Shown one piece after another: positions 56,079-64,000 of a stretch of 64,000 nucleotides of DNA. The notes beneath the pieces are model-generated. The model ran no database searches. It was not told the origin of the DNA and saw only the letters and a program-made list of their open reading frames with translations. The translations under genes were made by a program, and so were the position numbers. The stretch is taken from the NCBI GenBank assembly GCA_964016885.1, contig OZ024742.1:47616001-47680000 (forward strand), written 5' to 3'. The stretch's first letter is position 1. Each line of letters starts with the position of its first letter. The stretch comes from Eledone cirrhosa. Taxonomy: Eukaryota.

Positions 56079-57278
56079 TTGATTTCGGTCCAATCTATCA
56101 TCTAATTAAAACATCTTTGATGCTAACGCCAATTACTATAATAACGCGCTTTCTAAAGCCGGTTATCCTGAAAAAATCCAATATAGTAAAGAAACAAATT
56201 TTAGGTGATCTTACAGTAGAATAATTAATCATGATAATTCCAATAACTTTAATAAAAGACCTAGATACAAAAACATAATCTGGTATAATATTCCTTTCTC
56301 CATCTCTATTAATAATAATATTCCTGAATTATTCTTTAGTGCCTTAAATAAATGCTTCCCTCCCTCACATATCTATAGTAAAATATTTAACAAACACACT
56401 ATACAATTTTCCTATTCGACCTCCTCCAACATCTCCAACATTATCTCTAAACACAACAATAACATGCTAAATACTAAATCTCTTCCTTCCAACACTGAAT
56501 ATCATAATAATAGTAATAATACTCCCGACGTCATTGTTAACTCTAGGCTAATTTCTGCAAACCCAAATACAACGTCAAACGCAGCTTCGTTAAATGTTCT
56601 TCATCCCATTCTAAATCAAGAATCTATTATTCCTATCGTAAATAACTTCTCCAATCCAATTCCTTCTATAGATAACACTAGGTCACTTGTTAATAACTCT
56701 GTTAATTTCTCTAATCGCAATTGTAATTGCCCTGTTAAAAATAAATGTCCTCTCAACAACCATTGTCTTGAAAAAAACTTAATCTACGAATGTAAAGTTA
56801 TAACTGACACCAATTCCTTTACCTATGTTGGCTCCAGTTCCACATCCTTTAAAGCTCGTCTTTATAATCATCATTCGTCTTTTAAATACCAACTTAAAAG
56901 AACCAACACGGCACTCTCAGGACTCATATGGTCCTTGAAAGACAAAAATATTAACTATAACATCTCTTGGAGGAAGGTTTGTTCTGCTTATCCATACTTG
57001 AATGGTTATCTATCCATGTAATCTCTGTTTATGTGAGAAATTTACCATTATATATAATTTAGATACTATAATAAATAGACACACTAACTTGTTTTCTCTT
57101 TGCTTGCACAGAATTCCACAGAACATTCCATAAAGTATACAGCTAATATCTAATACTTTACCAATTTAAAATCATTTTCTAAAAGGCACATATATATACA
57201 TATATATTTCTTTAAAAATATACCCATCTTTCTACCTTATTTCAATGTTATTTATTATACATTATATAATACTAGTTA

Positions 57279-57465
57279 GGGCGGTGGATTGGCAGTATCG
57301 GTAGAGGGTCGGACGCCACGCTTTCCAGCGTGTTATGTCCCTTAGCGAACTGAGTTCAAATCCCGCCGAGGTTGACTTTGCCTTTCATCCTTACGGGGTC
57401 GATAAAATAAAGTACCAGTAATGCACTGGGTAATTGCTGGCCTTGTGCCTAAAGTAGAAACAATT
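57279..57465 (+). mobile_element. SINE inserted in the PLE arm with an 18-bp target-site duplication
   Basis: attatataatactagtta at 57261-57278 and 57463-57480; empty site present in the left arm near 55070-55090. Confidence 0.93.
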
Positions 57466-58311
57466 ATATAATACTAGTTACTCATTCTATATCACTCCTA
57501 TTTATCACTTCCCTTTCTTTATTTTTTTCCTTTTTTCTTTTTTTCTTTTTCTTTTAATTTCTAACCTCTAATATTTTCTTCCTAGATACCTCTCAATTCT
57601 CATTATCAATCGCCACAATATATCCTTACCCTTTTAAATACTTTATAATATCACCTTAAAAAATCCTTCGCAAACATAAACTTTTTTTGACGTTAGATCA
57701 TTCATCCTCAATTCATTATATTTCTCCCTTTCATGCTCATCTAACTTATACATATTACACTTATTCATCCACTCTTCTACTTCTTTTCACAATATATCAT
57801 TAATTACATTACTATTGTTATATTTTTATATTTTCTTAATAATACATATCAACAATTTCTTTCCATCGCACATATTATTAAACCCTTAAATATTATTCTT
57901 AATATATATTAACAATTTCTTTTCATCGCACATATTATTAAACCCTTCAATACACAAACTTTAATTTAACATTATTCTAAAATTTTTCTCTTCGTTAATT
58001 TTCAAATTCTTTTAATTTATATATTATCTTCCAACGGTTTTTTAACCTCTCTATGTAAATCAATATATTTTTCTCAGTTATAAAAGCTATCTCTCTCTCT
58101 CTCTATAACCCATCTCTCCTCCTATCTCATCCTTCGTCATTATACTGCTCCCCCTCCATTCTTTACTCTCATCACCTCTTTTTCATCCTTTCCACCCCCA
58201 CCCCCCTCAATTTTTTCCCAATATCACACATCAATCTAAAACTACTTTTCATATGTTGATTTAAAACTGCACTATTCACAAGTGTTTTTTAACCTTCATA
58301 TCATGTCTCCC

Positions 58312-58382
58312 TATTTTATCTGACGAAAACGCAAATGTCATCGCATGATGATATTTGTTTTTGAAATGCGCATAATAAAATA
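58312..58382 (+). ncRNA. Minimal type I hammerhead in PLE terminal region
   Basis: 8-bp stem I; CTGACGA; ~15-bp stem II aaacgcaaatgtcatc/gatgatatttgttttt; GAAA; palindromic tgcgca; TA. Confidence 0.85.
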
Positions 58383-58412
58383 CATGGAACTCTTTTAACC
58401 ATCTTTTGATCT

Positions 58413-58483
<71 letters not shown>

Positions 58484-58636
58484 ATCATGTCGTTAGAATT
58501 ATTACATAAAATATATACCATTTCCTCTCCCAATTAGCATAATTAACCATATAAAAAAATCAATTAGACCAGGCTATAAAATTAAAGGCTCCTATGAAGA
58601 AATATTTGATAAATATATATTATATATATATATGTT

Positions 58637-58706
<70 letters not shown>

Positions 58707-58754
58707 ATATATGTATATATATGTGTGTGTGTGTGTGTATATATATTTATAAAG

Positions 58755-58830
58755 TAGACATGTGTCCAAGGGACCACGAAGCGGACTTGAATCCAGAACA
58801 TTTTAACCGCGCATCAATGCTTCCGCCATT
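58755..58830 (-). mobile_element. Remnant of a second tRNA-derived SINE family
   Basis: Minus: tggcggaagcattgatgcgcgg..ggattcaagtcc..cccttggacac. Confidence 0.4.
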
Positions 58831-58916
58831 TCATACACACAAATGACTGCACGGAAGCACGCTCACTCTCTCTCTACTTCTCTCTCTCACACACACACAC
58901 ACATACACACACACAC

Positions 58917-58947
<31 letters not shown>

Positions 58948-59827
58948 CACATATACAGACACATCTCCCGTGAACGACTGTATGATAGCTTTTGCACTGC
59001 TTGCATCTTTGGAAGCATAACTCAATTATTAGTATTGATATTTTATTTTTTATTACCGTAAGTTTATTCATATCGACAGTGATATTTGCGTCTAGTTTAA
59101 AAATCTACAAAAAAAATAAAACAGTTATAATTGTTCGCCAAAAGAATATTGATCTTATTCAAACATTTCGTGATATACTGTATAACTTTTTACTTAGGCT
59201 TAATAATATATTGACCTTGTTTTTAACTAATATCTAACACCTAAGAATTATACAATATACAAAATACCTTGGCAATCAATGTTCCACTTAAATGTTTTCT
59301 GCCTGTTATTTCTATTAAGATTCTATAACTCTGTGCATCTTGCAGTTCTTTTGCCAATTTGTGCCTGCTAATTCTATTAAAGGCTGCCAAGATTATTTGT
59401 TAAATATTTTGAGATTTCAAATGATCTTTTCATTTTTGTTCTATAATATTTTTCTTTATATTGTAGTAATTGGATATATATATTGTAATAATTCAAAGTT
59501 AAACTGAGATGGAGTTTTTTGATGTAATGTTTGGGGGTGGAATACTTGATAAAACACCATGACGGAGATGTGTCTCAATCAATATTCTCATACATTAGAC
59601 CATTAATATCAATCGAAGAAAAAGATATTCATACACATAATATCAACAAGATTTAACTAATTAAACTCCTTCTTTGACACATAATTGCATCGTATATCGG
59701 AGGATTCATTCAACAAATTTCCGTTCTGTTTAGAACATATTATTGAGGTACCATAGTACAGATCTATTTACAGGGAATTTAAATTATTTACCCTGTTTTT
59801 ATCCATTTTTGTTCGTTATATTTAAAT

Positions 59828-60035
59828 TCTTCTTCTTCTTCTTCTTCTTCTTCTTCTTCTTCTTCTTCTTCTTCTTCTTCTTCTTCTTCTTCTTCTTCTT
59901 CTTCTTCTTCTTCTTCTTCTTCTTCTTCTAAAAAAGTTACTCCAAAGACCCTTCGAAGGACTCCCATTTCGGCCGCTTGTATCCACGATCGTATTCTCTC
60001 GGTCATTACCCAACATTCATGATTATAGTTAAGGC
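59828..60035 (-). mobile_element. RTE LINE fragment abutting (TTC)n
   Basis: ECWVMTERIRSWIQAAEMGVLRRVFGVT, next to (TTC)n at 59828-59928. Confidence 0.65.
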
Positions 60036-61673
60036 TTGGCTCGAAAACCGAAACAAAATAAAAAAATATGTAATTGCAGATTAACTCCACGTGTTGATAT
60101 CATGGATTTATTTTCGTAATAAACCCAACATGTTCAATGTTAATTATTTTCCAGTGTGTCTATGACCTACCATCATTGTCTTCAACGTTTGTATATTGCA
60201 AGTTGATTTATTGAAACTTTATAATTTCGATGAATGTATGTGCATGTGGTTGTTTATTGCTATAGAATATAATCCCAGTACATTGTAAATATTACCAACA
60301 GCTGCACACATTCTTCAGCAAATTGCTTAAATTGTTTTTCATTTGTTTTTAAGACCGTTCATTTCTTCAATACTATGAACCAGTAAATATCTGTTTAGCA
60401 TTTTGGAATGTAAATGACGTTTTCCATACATATACAATACATTTCCAAATAAAAAACGGAAAATATTGATCTGGGTTTATTTGATCTAAGAGGACGGAGT
60501 AGCCGGAACTATACCCCAACGCATTCTAACCGACGCTTAAACGAACATGACTCTTCGCATATATATGCAAATACCATACGCATGCGATATCCATTTCTAA
60601 ATACTGTAAAGTTAATATTGATCCATTGCAATATATATATTATTTGAGTGAAACCTGATAAAACAAAATTTTTGAGTGTGATTTCTATTTCATTTCATCC
60701 ATCAAAATATGATAAGGTGTTTAAATATATATGACGCATTTTAGATAGGTATGGAAGTTTTATTTCTGTTATAAGTGATTGTATTAAATTCTTACAAATT
60801 AGTTTCGAATCTTACAAAACAATTCCAAAAATTAATAAAATCTAGCGAGAAATCTGTAAGCAGGTTTAGCGACCTATTTAAATTTTTGTATCACTGTTTC
60901 ATGCGTTTACCACTCGTCCTCACAAATGTTGAAGCACACTTGGAATATATAAAGCTTTATGAACATCCGATTGAAATTCCAGAAAGTATATTTCTACAAC
61001 GATGCTGCCCCATTTATTTCTTCTTTCTATCGGCATTTCCACCAAATTTTCATCACATATAAATCATGTTAAAACCTGAAGTATTATTAGATACAACTGA
61101 ATTTTTAAAAATCCAAACAATAAAATCCATTTGTTTAGAGAGCTAACAGAACAAAATCGCTATATTATCTGTTAAAAATATTCTTGTATTTGTCTTGATT
61201 TTAAAGACATTTTAAAATTATTTTTGTCATCATTCTACATCAATTATATGCACATGTACTACACGCACTGTCTCCTATACAGGCATCATATAAACAACAC
61301 CATTTCTTATTTCGACTTTTTCTCTCTAACCAGTTCTAATATTTCCATCATTTCTATAAGAGACATTACAGAAGTCCAAGACTAGTTTTTCTCCTGTTTT
61401 TGTGTGGAAATGTTAACAACGTTTTCATTTATTTTCTTTTATGGCGAATGATCATTAAAACTTGTAACATCTCCAAAGAAGACCGAGTCATGAAATATAT
61501 CAGACTAAACAAACTTTGTTATATTTGCTCTTCCTTTATGTGTCTTATTGTGCTTGTCGATCTTGATTAAACATGACTAAGATACAACGAACTCTCTGGC
61601 GGGAAACAAAATACAGTCTGAATAAATAGTTAAATATATACACTATGACGTGAAAATAAAAATATAAAGATAT

Positions 61674-61713
61674 AGCAACACGATGTAATTGAAAATGAGA
61701 ACTACATCTTCAG

Positions 61714-61805
<92 letters not shown>

Positions 61806-61869
61806 GAATATAAGTATATATATATAAAACTGAAGATGTAGTTCTCATTTTCAATTACATCGTGTTGCT
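61674..61869. repeat. Perfect 40-bp inverted repeat enclosing (TA)n
   Basis: 61674-61713 is the exact reverse complement of 61830-61869. Confidence 0.9.
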
Positions 61870-61874
61870 CTTTT

Positions 61875-62567
<693 letters not shown>

Positions 62568-62650
62568 TCCTATTTTCCAATCTACTACCCGTAACTATTT
62601 TGTACTCTGGTACATTTTGGTCCATCTGCTCCCTTACCACAATTCCTTTG

Positions 62651-62717
<67 letters not shown>

Positions 62718-63071
62718 CCACTATTCTGATGTTATGCTAAGATTATAAAGCTATTGATAGAAGTTAAAACAAAATACACATGCAATATAGCAACATTTTC
62801 CTCCTCCTTTATATCTGAAACATTTACACATTTGAAAAGAGAAAAATTGATAGAAACTATATTTATACGTATCTATTTAAGGATTTTTATCTTTTTACTT
62901 TCTGATATCGTGCCGAGACATGTTTTTCCAGTTTACACCACGAATTGTCACCTAATATCAGGAATTCACTGATTAGTTCCCACGTATACTCACACAAGCA
63001 TACAAATATATGTAACACACATATATAGACGCACGAAGCACATGAACATGCACATTCGCACACACACGCAC

Positions 63072-63179
<108 letters not shown>

Positions 63180-63422
63180 ACACACACATATATAAATGGG
63201 TAAAATGAAACTTACTTCTCAATCTTAGTACGGCTGATACTTAAATGTAAGTATGTATACGTACATACATATATGTATACAGACGTACAGTAGTATGTAT
63301 ATACATACATTCAGATATATATATATATATGTATATATATATTTTTCTAAACAAACAGCCCGAATTAAGCCGTACAGTGTTCGGCAACCATCGTTGCCCT
63401 TTTGTTCAACCCTGACAAAGGA

Positions 63423-63465
63423 ACGATGAACTAGTTTCTAGCTTATTCGCTGTCATCAGCACCGT
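63423..63465 (-). ncRNA. Minimal type I hammerhead ribozyme
   Basis: Minus: acggtg-CTGATGA-cagcgaataagcta-GAAA-ctag-TT-catcgt; stem I extends (ctgaca..aagg / cctt..tgtcag). Confidence 0.8.
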
Positions 63466-63855
63466 ATACCTTCCTGTCAGTCGATTGAACGTTTGAAAAT
63501 ATATACTTTCCTTATGCATATTAACGGCTGAGCAGCCTAATTTGCATATTGAGTGAGTTAGTCGGCCGGGTGTACCCATACGTACATATATATATATATA
63601 TATATATGTGTGCATGTATGTATGTATATACATACTACTGTACGTCTGTATACATATATGTATGTACGTATACATACTTACATTTAAGTAACAGCCGTAC
63701 TAAGAGTGAGAAATAAAATTTCATGTTTTCCATTTATCGTTTTCGGTACACCCGACCGACTGACTCACTCGATATGCAAATTAGGCTGCTCAACCGTTAA
63801 TATGCATAAGGAAAGTATATACTTTCAAACGTTCAATCGACTGACAGGAAGGTAT

Positions 63856-63898
63856 ACGGTGCTGATGACAGCTAATAAGCTAGAGAATAGTTCATCGT
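63856..63898 (+). ncRNA. Mutated copy of the same hammerhead
   Basis: GAAA->GAGA and ctag->atag; otherwise the same architecture. Confidence 0.6.
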
Positions 63899-64000
63899 TC
63901 CTTTGTCAGTGTTGAACAAATGGGCAACGATGGTTGCCGAACACACTATGGCTAATAATTCGGGCTGTTTGCTTAGAAACAAACCGAGCATTATAATAAA

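Larger units (their letters stand above)
56089..58417 (+). mobile_element. 5'-truncated Penelope-like element, right arm (GIY-YIG, probably Naiad-type)
   Basis: SNLSSN..YYNNALSKAGY, IIWYN.PFS, CxCx5C linker, NLIYEC..TYVGSSSTSFKARLYNH..TALSGLIW. Confidence 0.9.
63194..63979. mobile_element. Inverted, permuted duplication of a ~380-nt hammerhead-containing unit
   Basis: 63194-63310 pairs with 63618-63735; 63344-63576 pairs with 63745-63979. Confidence 0.8.

Noticed and set aside
56206-56208. In-frame TGA in the PLE ORF as possible selenocysteine (reported for some Naiad elements)
   Set aside because: Lies in a variable linker rather than at a recognisable conserved Cys; a TAA stop is also present nearby and no SECIS was identified
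63774-63781. Octamer ATGCAAAT as a promoter element
   Set aside because: A single short motif is expected by chance; no supporting elements recognised

Overview
AT-rich eukaryotic (animal) DNA, dense in microsatellites, with no confidently identifiable host gene. The repeat repertoire suggests a coleoid cephalopod such as Octopus (inference, not verified). The window is mostly transposable elements: five same-strand Tx1/L1-clade LINE copies (one near full length), about 11 copies of one tRNA-derived SINE, RTE and R4/Dong LINE remnants, a Helitron-like end and Penelope-like elements (PLEs), including a 4.2-kb fold-back. Two patterns stand out. (1) About 15 intact, variant or partial type I hammerhead ribozyme motifs, from at least 7 unrelated sequence families, mostly in small (TA)n-bounded elements with inverted or permuted ends. 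They include one with a ~100-nt stem II and a circularly permuted, retrozyme-like unit at 63.2-64.0 kb. (2) The SINE and the Tx1-like LINE share a 3' stem-loop/tail and an ATT target and stack in tandem, suggesting a LINE-SINE partnership. All calls are by eye; no searches or folding programs were run.
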